64,000 nucleotides of DNA from a virus, in the IMG/VR virus record IMGVR_UViG_3300021141_000706; one strand, 5' to 3'. A model generated the notes under the pieces. It was not told where the DNA came from. It searched no databases and worked only from the letters and a program-made list of their open reading frames with translations. This document shows, in pieces, positions 36,590 through 46,110 of this stretch. The position numbers were made by a program, and so were the translations under genes. The number at the start of each line of letters is the position of its first letter. Position 1 is the first letter of the stretch.

Positions 36590-37342
36590 ATGATAGAATT
36601 GCTTCGCAATCAACTAGACTGTTTTGAGGATATTAAATTTGAATTTGACCCGGTAGCTCACCGATACACATATGAAGGTGAACCTTTTATTTCTGTAACA
36701 AGATTCATACAACAATTTCATAAACCGTTTGAACAAGACTACTGGTCTAAAAAGAAAGCCGAACAAGCCGGAGTTCCACAAGATTGGATTTTAGCCGAGT
36801 GGAAAAAATTAAATGATTATGCCAACGAAGTTGGTACAGATACTCACCAATGGATTGAAGATTACTTTAATCAAATATGGAAACCACTTCCAAATAACTT
36901 AGATGTTATACATCGCATAAATAAATTCAATAAGATTTATGCTAAACAATTATTCAAGTTAGAACCATTGAAGTTCGAGGTAAGAGTATTCTCACCAAAG
37001 TGGAAAATAGCTGGAATGATTGACTCTTTATTTTTATATAGAGGTAAGATTTACATTCTTGACTGGAAAACTAATAAAGATTTTACAGATGATAATCATC
37101 CTAAAGGAATCTATGAGAAATTACTTGCTCCTTTTCAAGACCATTTCAAAAATCATCTTAATGAATACTCAATACAACTTTCACTTTACTCACTTATCTT
37201 AGAAGAGTGGGGCTTTCAAGTAGGTGGTGCTTACATTGTTCACATTGGACCAGGAGATGAAGATGCTGAATTATATAAAGTAGTTGATATGAGAGACAAT
37301 CTAAAATTATTCTTAAATGGATCTATACAAGAGTCTAATTAA
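36590..37342 (+). CDS. PD-(D/E)XK exonuclease
   Basis: SVT, GTDTH, AGMIDSL, ILDWKT, YSIQLSLY. Confidence 0.85.
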   Translation: MIELLRNQLDCFEDIKFEFDPVAHRYTYEGEPFISVTRFIQQFHKPFEQDYWSKKKAEQAGVPQDWILAEWKKLNDYANEVGTDTHQWIEDYFNQIWKPLPNNLDVIHRINKFNKIYAKQLFKLEPLKFEVRVFSPKWKIAGMIDSLFLYRGKIYILDWKTNKDFTDDNHPKGIYEKLLAPFQDHFKNHLNEYSIQLSLYSLILEEWGFQVGGAYIVHIGPGDEDAELYKVVDMRDNLKLFLNGSIQESN

Positions 37343-37622
37343 TGACGATGAATTCTTAGATTACTTCTGTGATGTCTTAGAGGATAACATTTCCGAAAAA
37401 GCAAAATATAAAGTTAGTATTGGTTTTAAGAAACATGACATGTCTATATTCTTTTTTATAGATGGTTCATCTATATTACAGGTTATGCCTGATAAGGATT
37501 TACAATACACATATGCTAATGTTCCTTCTTATGAAGATGAAATACAACATTCGATTAATATTATTGAGAAACAATATAAACGAGATAAAACGATAGAAGA
37601 TATCATAAAAAAAGAGAGTTAA
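37317..37622 (+). CDS. hypothetical protein with C-terminal tag
   Basis: Ends YKRDKTIEDIIKKES. Confidence 0.7.
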   Translation: MDLYKSLINDDEFLDYFCDVLEDNISEKAKYKVSIGFKKHDMSIFFFIDGSSILQVMPDKDLQYTYANVPSYEDEIQHSINIIEKQYKRDKTIEDIIKKES

Positions 37623-37640
37623 ATATTTAACTCTCTTTTT
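37609..37640. terminator. bidirectional terminator (perfect 32-bp palindrome)
   Basis: AAAAAGAGAGTTAAATATTTAACTCTCTTTTT between converging genes. Confidence 0.8.
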
Positions 37641-37660
37641 GTTTATAGATATTTTACAGA

Positions 37661-38149
37661 TTAGATTTGTGGACCTACAGCTTCACCTGAAACAGTTTCA
37701 ACTTCAGTGTAGTACACACCTTTTTCTTTAATAACTTCTAAGATTTGCTCAGTAGCATCGATGTTATCTGTATTAAAAATAACTTCCATTTTACCCATAA
37801 CCAAATTGATTGAATTAGCAGTAGCCCATTCTTCAACAATAACTGCTAGTTGTTCAAAAACATTTGTATTTAATTCATCAGACATTTCTTTAAGTTTTCT
37901 TTTAAAGTCTTGGTCTAATTTCATTAATTTGTCTTGGATTTGTCTAAATGCTTCCATATCTCTTTTTTGAGATGCTTCATCCAGTACTAAATCTGATTGA
38001 GATCTTTTAATGATAGTTTCCATTTCCTTTTTATCAGGATCTATACTTTCTAACATTTTTCTTTTTTCAGATTCGATTTGTTTGTAACCTTCAACATATG
38101 GTTGAAAGTTTCTTGTTAAAACTTCAAAGTCTATTACTCTTAATTCCAT
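37661..38149 (-). CDS. OmpH/Skp-like chaperone lacking a signal peptide
   Basis: RVIDFEVL beta-strand, long coiled coil, WATANSINLV, IDATEQIL. Confidence 0.7.
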   Translation of the reverse strand: MELRVIDFEVLTRNFQPYVEGYKQIESEKRKMLESIDPDKKEMETIIKRSQSDLVLDEASQKRDMEAFRQIQDKLMKLDQDFKRKLKEMSDELNTNVFEQLAVIVEEWATANSINLVMGKMEVIFNTDNIDATEQILEVIKEKGVYYTEVETVSGEAVGPQI

Positions 38150-38166
38150 TTAAAATATTTTTTCTT

Positions 38167-38194
38167 ATTATAGATTAAATAGGTAAAAATGTTT
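38167..38194 (-). promoter_or_regulatory. putative middle promoter
   Basis: AAAC-N18-TATAAT on - strand. Confidence 0.55.
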
Positions 38195-38203
38195 AATGAT
38201 TAT

Positions 38204-38755
38204 TTAAGAAAGAAGATAGTCAATAGCCACTTTATATCTATTAACTAGATTAGTTTCCTCTGATGCTTGAGGATTTTCAATATTTACTATTACACTTGAT
38301 GTTGCTCCAAGCTTAGTAACTTCTAAATAAGTAACTCTTGTACCAATCAATTTAGCGTATTGTTTATTTTGTAAATAATATTTAGCGTCTTCTGAGAGTT
38401 GATCCATTTCTAGAATCTTACCAAGATTCTGATTATTATTATCTCTGAAAATATTAAATCCCATTTGATAAACACCCTTTGTATCTAAAGCTTTTTTAAT
38501 TTTTTTAGAAACGGGTGTGTTTGTTTGAAATAATATCTCTTCCCAAGTTTTATTTTTAACATCTGCTATACTAGAATAATCTTTTATGTCAATTTGATAA
38601 CTATAAAATAAAGTTAATTCAAGGTAATTATAATCACCTTTAGAGATTAAATCATCTATTATTTTATGATACTCATAGATTTGTTCTCTACCTTTTGTAG
38701 CTAACTTATCTATTTGATTAAATATCTTTTGAATTTTCTTTTTATCTGGACTCAT
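38204..38755 (-). CDS. hypothetical late protein
   Basis: 183 aa; TTAATATATA at 38760-38769. Confidence 0.7.
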   Translation of the reverse strand: MSPDKKKIQKIFNQIDKLATKGREQIYEYHKIIDDLISKGDYNYLELTLFYSYQIDIKDYSSIADVKNKTWEEILFQTNTPVSKKIKKALDTKGVYQMGFNIFRDNNNQNLGKILEMDQLSEDAKYYLQNKQYAKLIGTRVTYLEVTKLGATSSVIVNIENPQASEETNLVNRYKVAIDYLLS

Positions 38756-38765
38756 AATTTATATA

Positions 38766-39197
38766 TTAATCTTCTACTCCGTCTTCATCATGACTAGAGT
38801 GTTGTATATGACAAACGATAGAAAACATAGAAGATTCAGCAAATGAAAACTCTGGTTCAAATCCTACTGTATATCCCATTGAGTTTAGTCTTTCTTTAAT
38901 ATCATCTAGTAATGAAAATAAATTAGTCATCTCTTTACTCATTGCTAGTAAATCGGTACAACCCCAAGTATTACCAGCGTCAATCCAACCAAATGAATTT
39001 TGAGATTCTTTCTTTAAATCAAAGTGGTATTTACCATAGTTACCCAAAGTGTTTGAGCCGTTGCTATAAAACTTATCAATATATCCTAGGTCAAAAACTT
39101 CAATAAATATTTCCTTTATATCTTCTACACTTAGATATTCAACTTTAGATTCAAATGTTTTGAAGTCTAATATATTACGCTCCTGCTGCTGCTTCAC
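38766..39197 (-). CDS. putative internal virion protein
   Basis: Likely GTG start at 39197 giving MKQQQERNILDFKTFES. Confidence 0.65.
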   Translation of the reverse strand: MKQQQERNILDFKTFESKVEYLSVEDIKEIFIEVFDLGYIDKFYSNGSNTLGNYGKYHFDLKKESQNSFGWIDAGNTWGCTDLLAMSKEMTNLFSLLDDIKERLNSMGYTVGFEPEFSFAESSMFSIVCHIQHSSHDEDGVED

Positions 39198-40299
39198 CGC
39201 CACCAATTATTTTATCAATCTCGGCAACTTTGTCTTTGTTAGCTTCATCGGAAATAAAGTCAACGAAAGTTCCTACTTTCTTTATGTTTTCCGGGTTCTT
39301 GGTTTTTAAATCACCTAGTTTTTTAACTAAGTCTTCTTGACCTTCTGCTTTTACTTCTTCAGTCTTCATAAGTATATCACCCATTGTCTTAGTAAAATCA
39401 GCTCCTTCAAATGATACTTTATCTCCTTCTATTTTAGAAATCTTTTTAATACCAATTGCTTCAGCCTGAAGTTCTTTCATCTTACCTTCATTTGGTTTCT
39501 TCTTATCATCATCTGTTAAGGCATCCCATTTAGCTTGGTCAAACTTCTCTCTTTTATAAACTACATTATCTCCTACTTTATATCCACCTTCTGGACCAGC
39601 CTCAGGTACCGGTATTTTTCTAGATTCTAAATTTTTATTAACCTCTTCCTCTGTAATAGCATCTGCGAATTTATCAAGTTGAGGAAAAAGTGTTTTCTCA
39701 CACCAGTTAACAATAGCATCTTTTTTCTTTTTACCATCAGTAGCAGCAGTTAATAACTTTTTAACATCTGGTAAGTGAGTCATATCTTTCAAATCAATAT
39801 TAATTTTCTTAGGATCTACTTTACCATCTGTTGATGCTCCGAATTTATATTGAACAATAGCCTTGGTTCTAATTGTGTTAAAGAAATATTCAAATGTTGC
39901 GTACTGAGAGCTTGCTGGTTCACCTTCTTGTGGTGGATAAGCTTTCTTCAAAGTTTCGTAAAGTGGAGCTAATCCTTGTTTACCTAAAACTCCAGTTTCT
40001 GGATTTAAGATACTATCAACTAATGTTAATGCGTCTTGATCATTTGCCTCTGGTTTCTTTTTGAACTCATCCATAACATTCTTGAATAAGTAGTTATTAT
40101 CGGCTGGGTTAAACGGATTATCAGCAATCCAATCTTTAACCTCTGTTGTATCAGGATCTTCTCCTAATTTTTTCAACTCCTCCATTGCTTTAGTCCACAA
40201 ACCTTTAAAAAAGTTTATAACACCACCTAACAACTCTTCATTAATAGGTTCTAAATTTTTAGATGTTCTGTGTGATTCAAATGTTTTTACATATTTCAT
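39175..40299 (-). CDS. putative internal virion protein
   Basis: Start moved to MKYVKTFES...PINEE; TAATATATA at 40324-40332. Confidence 0.75.
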   Translation of the reverse strand: MKYVKTFESHRTSKNLEPINEELLGGVINFFKGLWTKAMEELKKLGEDPDTTEVKDWIADNPFNPADNNYLFKNVMDEFKKKPEANDQDALTLVDSILNPETGVLGKQGLAPLYETLKKAYPPQEGEPASSQYATFEYFFNTIRTKAIVQYKFGASTDGKVDPKKINIDLKDMTHLPDVKKLLTAATDGKKKKDAIVNWCEKTLFPQLDKFADAITEEEVNKNLESRKIPVPEAGPEGGYKVGDNVVYKREKFDQAKWDALTDDDKKKPNEGKMKELQAEAIGIKKISKIEGDKVSFEGADFTKTMGDILMKTEEVKAEGQEDLVKKLGDLKTKNPENIKKVGTFVDFISDEANKDKVAEIDKIIGGGEAAAGA

Positions 40300-40353
40300 A
40301 ATATACAATTTATTTCTATGATTTATATATTATTTTTTCATTTTCATTTTATT

Positions 40354-40381
40354 AAACCAAATACCTAAATTTTCATATAAA
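40354..40381 (+). promoter_or_regulatory. putative middle promoter
   Basis: AAAC-N18-TATAAA. Confidence 0.55.
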
Positions 40382-40401
40382 CTTCAAATAATTAAATTAT
40401 A

Positions 40402-40878
40402 ATGGAAAAAATCGATTCACTCAATCAAGTTGCTGAATTTCACAGAACTTTTAACGCACCAATCTTAGACACACCTCAAATCCCATCTGAACAAAGATGT
40501 CAACTTCGTGTATCTCTTTTACAAGAAGAGTTAGACGAATTAGCTCAAGCTCTTAAAGACAAAGATATTGTTGAAGTTGCTGATGCTCTTTGTGATATTC
40601 AATATGTACTTTCTGGTGCTGTATTGGAATTTGGCTTAGGAGATAAATTCGTAGACTTATTCAATGAGGTTCAAAGAAGTAATATGTCTAAAGCTTGTTC
40701 AACTGAAGAAGAAGCTCAAAAAACTTTAGAACATTACAAACAAAAAGATGGTACAGAAGGCTACTATAAAGAAATAAATGGTAAGTGGTTAGTTTACAGA
40801 ACATCAGATGATAAAGTTCTTAAATCTATCAACTACTCACCAGCTGACTTGATTTGGCAATTAAAAAAATATATTTAA
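40402..40878 (+). CDS. MazG-like NTP pyrophosphohydrolase
   Basis: LQEELDEL, EVADALCDIQYV, EVQRSNMSK, KVLKS. Confidence 0.9.
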   Translation: MEKIDSLNQVAEFHRTFNAPILDTPQIPSEQRCQLRVSLLQEELDELAQALKDKDIVEVADALCDIQYVLSGAVLEFGLGDKFVDLFNEVQRSNMSKACSTEEEAQKTLEHYKQKDGTEGYYKEINGKWLVYRTSDDKVLKSINYSPADLIWQLKKYI

Positions 40879-40879
40879 A

Positions 40880-41902
40880 ATGAAAACAATTTTAATAACA
40901 GGAGGAGCAGGGTATATTGGATCACACACAGTTGTAGAACTGCTAAAAAATCCTGAGTATGATGTTATTATAATTGATAACTTTTCAAACTCAAATCCTG
41001 AAATCATTAATCGACTTTATGACTTAGTAAAAAGACCAATTAAAATCTATCATAGAGATTGTAGAGATCAGATGGATGATATTTTATCTGAACACAAAGT
41101 AGATTCTATTATTCACTTTGCTGCTTATAAAGCTGTTGGTGAATCAGTTGAAAGTCCTATTCAATACTATGATAATAATATCAATTCTTTATTGAATATG
41201 TTAGATACGGCTAAACATTTCGGTATTAAAAACTTTGTATTCTCTTCTTCTTGTTCACTTTATGGTAATCTAAAAGAACTACCCGCAACTGAAGAATCTT
41301 CTTTATCTGAACCAGAATCACCTTATGCTTATACTAAATTAATAGGTGAACAAATTCTTAAAGACTTCTCAAAAGTTAATCCTGACTTTAAGATTGTTTC
41401 TTTAAGATACTTTAATCCAGTTGGTGCTCACGAATCTGGTTTGATTGGTGAATCACCGATTAACAAACCAAATAACATCTTGCCTGTAATTTGTAACTCT
41501 GCTGAAACTGGTGAAGAGATGATGGTATTTGGTAGTGATTATGAAACAAGAGATGGTTCTTGTATTAGAGATTATGTTCATGTTTCTGATATCGCTGAAG
41601 CTCATGTTAAAGCATTTGAATATTTAATAAGTGATAACTCTTTAAGTTATGATGTTTATAACTTAGGATTAGGAATAGGTAATAGATTTGAATCTAATGG
41701 ATTGTCTGTACTTGAAGTTATTAATGCCTTTGAAAGAGTTAATAATGTTAAAGTTAATTATAAAATAGGTGATAGAAGAAGTGGTGATGTTGTTGAAATA
41801 TACTCTAACTCAACTAAAGCCAGAAAAATAGGATGGAAGCCAGTAAGAACAGTTGATGATATGGTATCAAGTGCTTGGAAGTGGCATAAAAATAAAATAT
41901 AA
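40880..41902 (+). CDS. galE: UDP-glucose 4-epimerase
   Basis: TGGAGYIGSH, HFAAYKAVGES, YxxxK, LRYFNPVGAH, RDYVHV. Confidence 0.95.
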   Translation: MKTILITGGAGYIGSHTVVELLKNPEYDVIIIDNFSNSNPEIINRLYDLVKRPIKIYHRDCRDQMDDILSEHKVDSIIHFAAYKAVGESVESPIQYYDNNINSLLNMLDTAKHFGIKNFVFSSSCSLYGNLKELPATEESSLSEPESPYAYTKLIGEQILKDFSKVNPDFKIVSLRYFNPVGAHESGLIGESPINKPNNILPVICNSAETGEEMMVFGSDYETRDGSCIRDYVHVSDIAEAHVKAFEYLISDNSLSYDVYNLGLGIGNRFESNGLSVLEVINAFERVNNVKVNYKIGDRRSGDVVEIYSNSTKARKIGWKPVRTVDDMVSSAWKWHKNKI

Positions 41903-41905
41903 AAT

Positions 41906-42751
41906 ATGAATATTGGAATTATAGGACAAGGATTTGTCGGTAGTGCTGTATATGAAGGAATGAAAAATTACTTTGAAACTTACACATTTGATTTAAATGG
42001 AAAATGTACAGAACAATCATTGTTTAGTTTAATAGAAAAATCTGATATGACTTTTCTTTGTTTACCAACACCAATGAGAAAAACAGGAGAATGTGATTTA
42101 TCAATTGTTAGAAATTGTCTCTCTCAAATAGATTTGATTGTTAAATCATTAGATAAAAAAGATTTTATTGTTATTATAAAATCAACAGTTCCACCTGGGA
42201 CAACAGAATTACTAAATAAGGAAAATGAAAACATACATATTGTTTTCAATCCAGAATTCTTAACAGAAGCTAATGCGGTTGAGGATTATAAGAATCAAAA
42301 TAGAATTATTGTTGGTGGTGATAGACCATATACATCTAAAGTAAAAAATGTATTTGAGAAAGCTTTTCCACAAGTTACAATTGTTAAAACAAGTTCTACA
42401 ATTGCTGAGATGATTAAGTATGTAACAAATACTTTCTTAGCAACTAAAGTTTCTTTTGCTAATGAGATGTATCAAATTTGTCAAGGATTGGATATTGATT
42501 ATGATAAAGTAATTGAATATGCTCGTTATGATAACCGATTAGGAAATTCACATTGGTCAGTACCAGGACCAGATGGTGACTTTGGATATGGTGGTCATTG
42601 TTTCCCTAAAGACATTGCGGCTTTACAATATGTAGCTAAAGAAATGAATGTTTCTACTACTGTGTTAAATGCTTCAATTGAAAAGAATAAAGAAGTTAGA
42701 ACTGATAAAGATTGGGAAAAACAAATCGGAAGAGCTGTCTCAGAAGATTAA
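41906..42751 (+). CDS. ugd: UDP-glucose/GDP-mannose dehydrogenase family protein (no C-terminal domain)
   Basis: GQGFVG, KSTVPPGT, NPEFL, GYGGHCFPKD. Confidence 0.85.
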   Translation: MNIGIIGQGFVGSAVYEGMKNYFETYTFDLNGKCTEQSLFSLIEKSDMTFLCLPTPMRKTGECDLSIVRNCLSQIDLIVKSLDKKDFIVIIKSTVPPGTTELLNKENENIHIVFNPEFLTEANAVEDYKNQNRIIVGGDRPYTSKVKNVFEKAFPQVTIVKTSSTIAEMIKYVTNTFLATKVSFANEMYQICQGLDIDYDKVIEYARYDNRLGNSHWSVPGPDGDFGYGGHCFPKDIAALQYVAKEMNVSTTVLNASIEKNKEVRTDKDWEKQIGRAVSED

Positions 42752-42752
42752 T

Positions 42753-42784
42753 TTTGGCTAAAATAAAAATTGTTTGTATATTTG
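42753..42784 (+). promoter_or_regulatory. early promoter
   Basis: TTTG-N20-TATATTTG ending 5 nt before ATG 42789. Confidence 0.75.
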
Positions 42785-42788
42785 TAAC

Positions 42789-43151
42789 ATGAACATTTCC
42801 AACCACGAGAAGAAAAGACGACAACATGAGAAAGAGTTGAAGTCTTTTAGAAATAAAATGGGTAAACATATTGTTTGGTTTGATTCTTTATCAAAGACCA
42901 AGCAATATGATTTGCTATTTGGTTGGAAAAGAGAGAAGAATTCTAACAAGTTACAAGCACCGGAAGAGAAAACAATCCTGAGACCTGCTTATGTTGGTTA
43001 TAGAAGAAAGATGGTAAAACAAAAAATTACTTCTTATCCATCATCACTTAAACACTTTATAGTTAAGTGTAGAGTGAATCCTCAATTTCAACCACATAGA
43101 ACAAGAGTTAGGGATGCGGCTATTGATATACTTTTAAATAGTAAAAAATAA
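42789..43151 (+). CDS. basic hypothetical protein with C-terminal tag
   Basis: Start moved to ATG 42789; ends RVRDAAIDILLNSKK. Confidence 0.7.
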   Translation: MNISNHEKKRRQHEKELKSFRNKMGKHIVWFDSLSKTKQYDLLFGWKREKNSNKLQAPEEKTILRPAYVGYRRKMVKQKITSYPSSLKHFIVKCRVNPQFQPHRTRVRDAAIDILLNSKK

Positions 43152-43166
43152 TAAAAAACAACATAT

Positions 43167-44129
43167 ATGAAAATTTTCAGCGGATCATCAAGTCAAGAAT
43201 TAACAAACCAGATTTGTCAAATTCTAAACAAAGAACAACAACGTTTCTCTTCAATGGGTATTGTTGAACAAGAAATTATCCCAGGTAAATTAAAAATTGA
43301 TAAATTCTCAGATGGTGAAATTCTACCATTATTTCAAGAATCTGTCAGAGACGAAGATGTCTTCCTTGTACAAACAACAAACAGTTCAGATAACATAATG
43401 GAAACATTATTAGTTATTGATGCTGCTAAAAGAGCTGGTTGTAAATCATTTACATTAGTTGCTCCTTTTCAAGCTTACTCTCGTCAAGATAAAACAGACC
43501 ATCTTCGTTCTTCAATTGGCTCTAAAGTATTAGCCGATATTTTAACCACGGCTGGTATGACACGAGTAATGACTATTGACTTACACGCTTCTGCTATTCA
43601 AGGTTTTTATAATGTGCCTGTTATTCACTTGAATGGTAACAAAATCTTTATTGATTACATCAAAGAACATCAAATTGAAGACCTAACAATTGTTGCTCCC
43701 GACCAAGGTGCTGTTAAAAGAGCTTCTGACTTCTGTAAAGCTTTCCCAGATGCTTCATTCGCAATGATTAATAAGAAAAGAATTAAACCAAATGAGATTC
43801 ATTCAATGGAACTTGTTGGTGATGTCACTGGTCGTAATGTTATCATTGTTGATGATATGGCTGATACCTTAGGAACTATGTGTAAAGCCGCTGAACTTCT
43901 TATGGAGAAAGGTGCGAAGTCTGTTAGAGCGATTGCTACTCACGGTATTCTAAGTGGTAAGGCTTATACAAACTTAGAGTCTTCAGTTTTAACTGAGTTA
44001 TTAGTATCTGATTCTATTCCAGCAAAATTGTCACCTAAGTTGAAAGTTATTTCTTGTGATAACATTATTGCTAGGTCTATCTGGGGTTTAGTTAACAAGA
44101 AAAGTATCCACGAATTAAACTCAATCTAA
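43167..44129 (+). CDS. prs: ribose-phosphate pyrophosphokinase
   Basis: FSDGE, YSRQDK, DLH..IQGF, APDQG, IVDDMADTLGT, THG. Confidence 0.95.
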   Translation: MKIFSGSSSQELTNQICQILNKEQQRFSSMGIVEQEIIPGKLKIDKFSDGEILPLFQESVRDEDVFLVQTTNSSDNIMETLLVIDAAKRAGCKSFTLVAPFQAYSRQDKTDHLRSSIGSKVLADILTTAGMTRVMTIDLHASAIQGFYNVPVIHLNGNKIFIDYIKEHQIEDLTIVAPDQGAVKRASDFCKAFPDASFAMINKKRIKPNEIHSMELVGDVTGRNVIIVDDMADTLGTMCKAAELLMEKGAKSVRAIATHGILSGKAYTNLESSVLTELLVSDSIPAKLSPKLKVISCDNIIARSIWGLVNKKSIHELNSI

Positions 44130-44458
44130 TGTTAGACGATACAGATAATTATATAAAAGATAATCTTCAAAATATCATTGATGGTAAGTTTGATGATAAG
44201 TTTTCAAAAGAACAATTAAAGATGATGTTAGAAATGTCATTTTTATATAATCATATTAGTGTTGAAAATGATTCAGTTATATTTGAGTATGATAGTCAGG
44301 AATTAAAAATCTCAGGTATTAATGACCTTGTACATTCAATACCAACCGGTATAGATTATAAAAATCAAATATTTTCAACGATTAAAAGTGATGTAGTTTT
44401 CAAATCGGCTCTTACTCAATTTTTGAGAGATAAAAAAATTAATGAAATATTAGAATGA
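44129..44458 (+). CDS. hypothetical protein with C-terminal tag
   Basis: Ends FLRDKKINEILE. Confidence 0.75.
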   Translation: MLDDTDNYIKDNLQNIIDGKFDDKFSKEQLKMMLEMSFLYNHISVENDSVIFEYDSQELKISGINDLVHSIPTGIDYKNQIFSTIKSDVVFKSALTQFLRDKKINEILE

Positions 44459-44823
44459 AAGTATTTTTAATAGACATAGACGGAACTTGTTGTGATGATA
44501 TAATGAACGAAGATGCTCATTTATATCCAACAGCTAAAGTGATTGAAGGATCACTTGAACAAATTAATAAGTGGTATGAAGAAGGTAATCATATCACTTT
44601 CTTTACTGCTCGAGAATCAAAAGATAGAGAAGTTACAATCAAATGGTTAGATGATAACGGTTTTAAGTACCATGGTTTGGTAACTGATAAACCAAGATGT
44701 ATAAACCCAGAAGATGAATATGTTTGGGTTGATAATAGAAAAGTAAGAGGTATTACATATAATTCAGTTTGGGGCGATCTCAAAGAAGTGAATAAAAAAA
44801 TTTTAACATTTGGAGATGAATGA
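44455..44823 (+). CDS. small HAD phosphatase (PNKP 3'-phosphatase-like)
   Basis: LIDIDGT, FTAR, KP, WVDN. Confidence 0.8.
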   Translation: MKVFLIDIDGTCCDDIMNEDAHLYPTAKVIEGSLEQINKWYEEGNHITFFTARESKDREVTIKWLDDNGFKYHGLVTDKPRCINPEDEYVWVDNRKVRGITYNSVWGDLKEVNKKILTFGDE

Positions 44824-45469
44824 TTTTAAAAATTTAGGAATTAAATACGGTACAGATAAAGTAAATCCGCATGGTTATAACTTTTTCTACCCTAGATACT
44901 TAGAGCCTTTTAGAGGTGATGAATTTAACATGCTTGAAATTGGATATCTAAAAGGTCATTCTTGTAGAATGTGGCAAGAATATTTTCCTAAAGCAAATAT
45001 ATTCGCAATGGACATAAATATAGAAGGTAGATTTGAAAATCATACAGTATTTAAAGGTGACCAATCAAATATAAATGACTTAAATAGAGTCTCTAATGAA
45101 ATAGGTTCAGCTAAATTTATTATTGATGATGGTAGCCATCAACCCACACATCAAATAGAAACCTTTAATTTTTTATTTAAGAATCTATTAGAACCAGGTG
45201 GTGTTTATATAATCGAGGATATTGAGTGTAACTATTGGGATGAGGAATCTTCAATATATGGATATAAAATAGGTTTATTCAATGCCATCGATTATACAAA
45301 AAAACTAATAGATTATGTGAATAGTGAGTTTTCAAAAAAAGAAAATAAACTAAAAATATCGTCAATTACTTATGCTCAAAATTGTATAATAATCACAAAA
45401 CAAACCAAAGAAGAAGAAATCTATTTCAATAGAAATTATAGATTCTCAAACTGTCTAAAATATAACTAA
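44810..45469 (+). CDS. class I SAM-dependent methyltransferase (sugar O-methyltransferase-like)
   Basis: YGTDK, LEIG, IIDDGSH, PGGVYIIEDI. Confidence 0.85.
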   Translation: MEMNDFKNLGIKYGTDKVNPHGYNFFYPRYLEPFRGDEFNMLEIGYLKGHSCRMWQEYFPKANIFAMDINIEGRFENHTVFKGDQSNINDLNRVSNEIGSAKFIIDDGSHQPTHQIETFNFLFKNLLEPGGVYIIEDIECNYWDEESSIYGYKIGLFNAIDYTKKLIDYVNSEFSKKENKLKISSITYAQNCIIITKQTKEEEIYFNRNYRFSNCLKYN

Positions 45470-46110
45470 TGAGTTACTTAAATGAAATAAAAGCTTATAT
45501 GAGAGATATCAATCTTGACATCCTAATGAATTGTCCGGATGTCAAGATTGATATTTCCAAAAGATACTATAATAAGTTTAGACTTTTTTACCCAAGTCGT
45601 AAGCTTATTAAATACACTACCGAAATTGGTGGTGTCTTGGTTGGATCAAGAGCAATTCGTTGCTTTACAATTGATGGTAAGCCAATTCTTGAGAGAAGAG
45701 TAAATGATTGGGATTTTATTGTTACTCTTGATATGGCATTTAAGATTTGTGATGATATGGGAATTGAAGAAATTCCACAAATTGATGGTGTGATAAGTGT
45801 TAAGAATCAAAGAAGATGGGCTCACCCAGACTATCAAAGTGCTTACAGAGTTGGACCAGTTGATGTTCAGTTGATTGTAAAAGAAGAACTGCCTGATTAT
45901 ACAGAGGTTGATGGGGTTAGAATTGCTAACTTTGGTTATTCTGTTTCACAAAAGATTGGATTGACTACTGATTTACAAAGTAAATTGAGTGGTAAAACTC
46001 CAAACCATAGAGTACCTGAAAGTATAGATGAGCAATATCACAAACACATTTCTGATATGAAAGAAATGATTATAAAATTTAATAGTTTAAAATGGAAACA
46101 ACCAGCTTAG
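45469..46110 (+). CDS. putative Pol-beta-superfamily nucleotidyltransferase
   Basis: LVGSRA...DWDF...VDV. Confidence 0.6.
   Translation: MSYLNEIKAYMRDINLDILMNCPDVKIDISKRYYNKFRLFYPSRKLIKYTTEIGGVLVGSRAIRCFTIDGKPILERRVNDWDFIVTLDMAFKICDDMGIEEIPQIDGVISVKNQRRWAHPDYQSAYRVGPVDVQLIVKEELPDYTEVDGVRIANFGYSVSQKIGLTTDLQSKLSGKTPNHRVPESIDEQYHKHISDMKEMIIKFNSLKWKQPA

Noticed and set aside
36590-37342. Cas4 / CRISPR system
   Set aside because: No four-Cys Fe-S motif, no other cas genes and no repeat-spacer array seen in the window.
43167-44129. NAD reconstitution (NARP1) module
   Set aside because: No nicotinamide phosphoribosyltransferase-like partner in the window, and the protein looks like a canonical full-length Prs.
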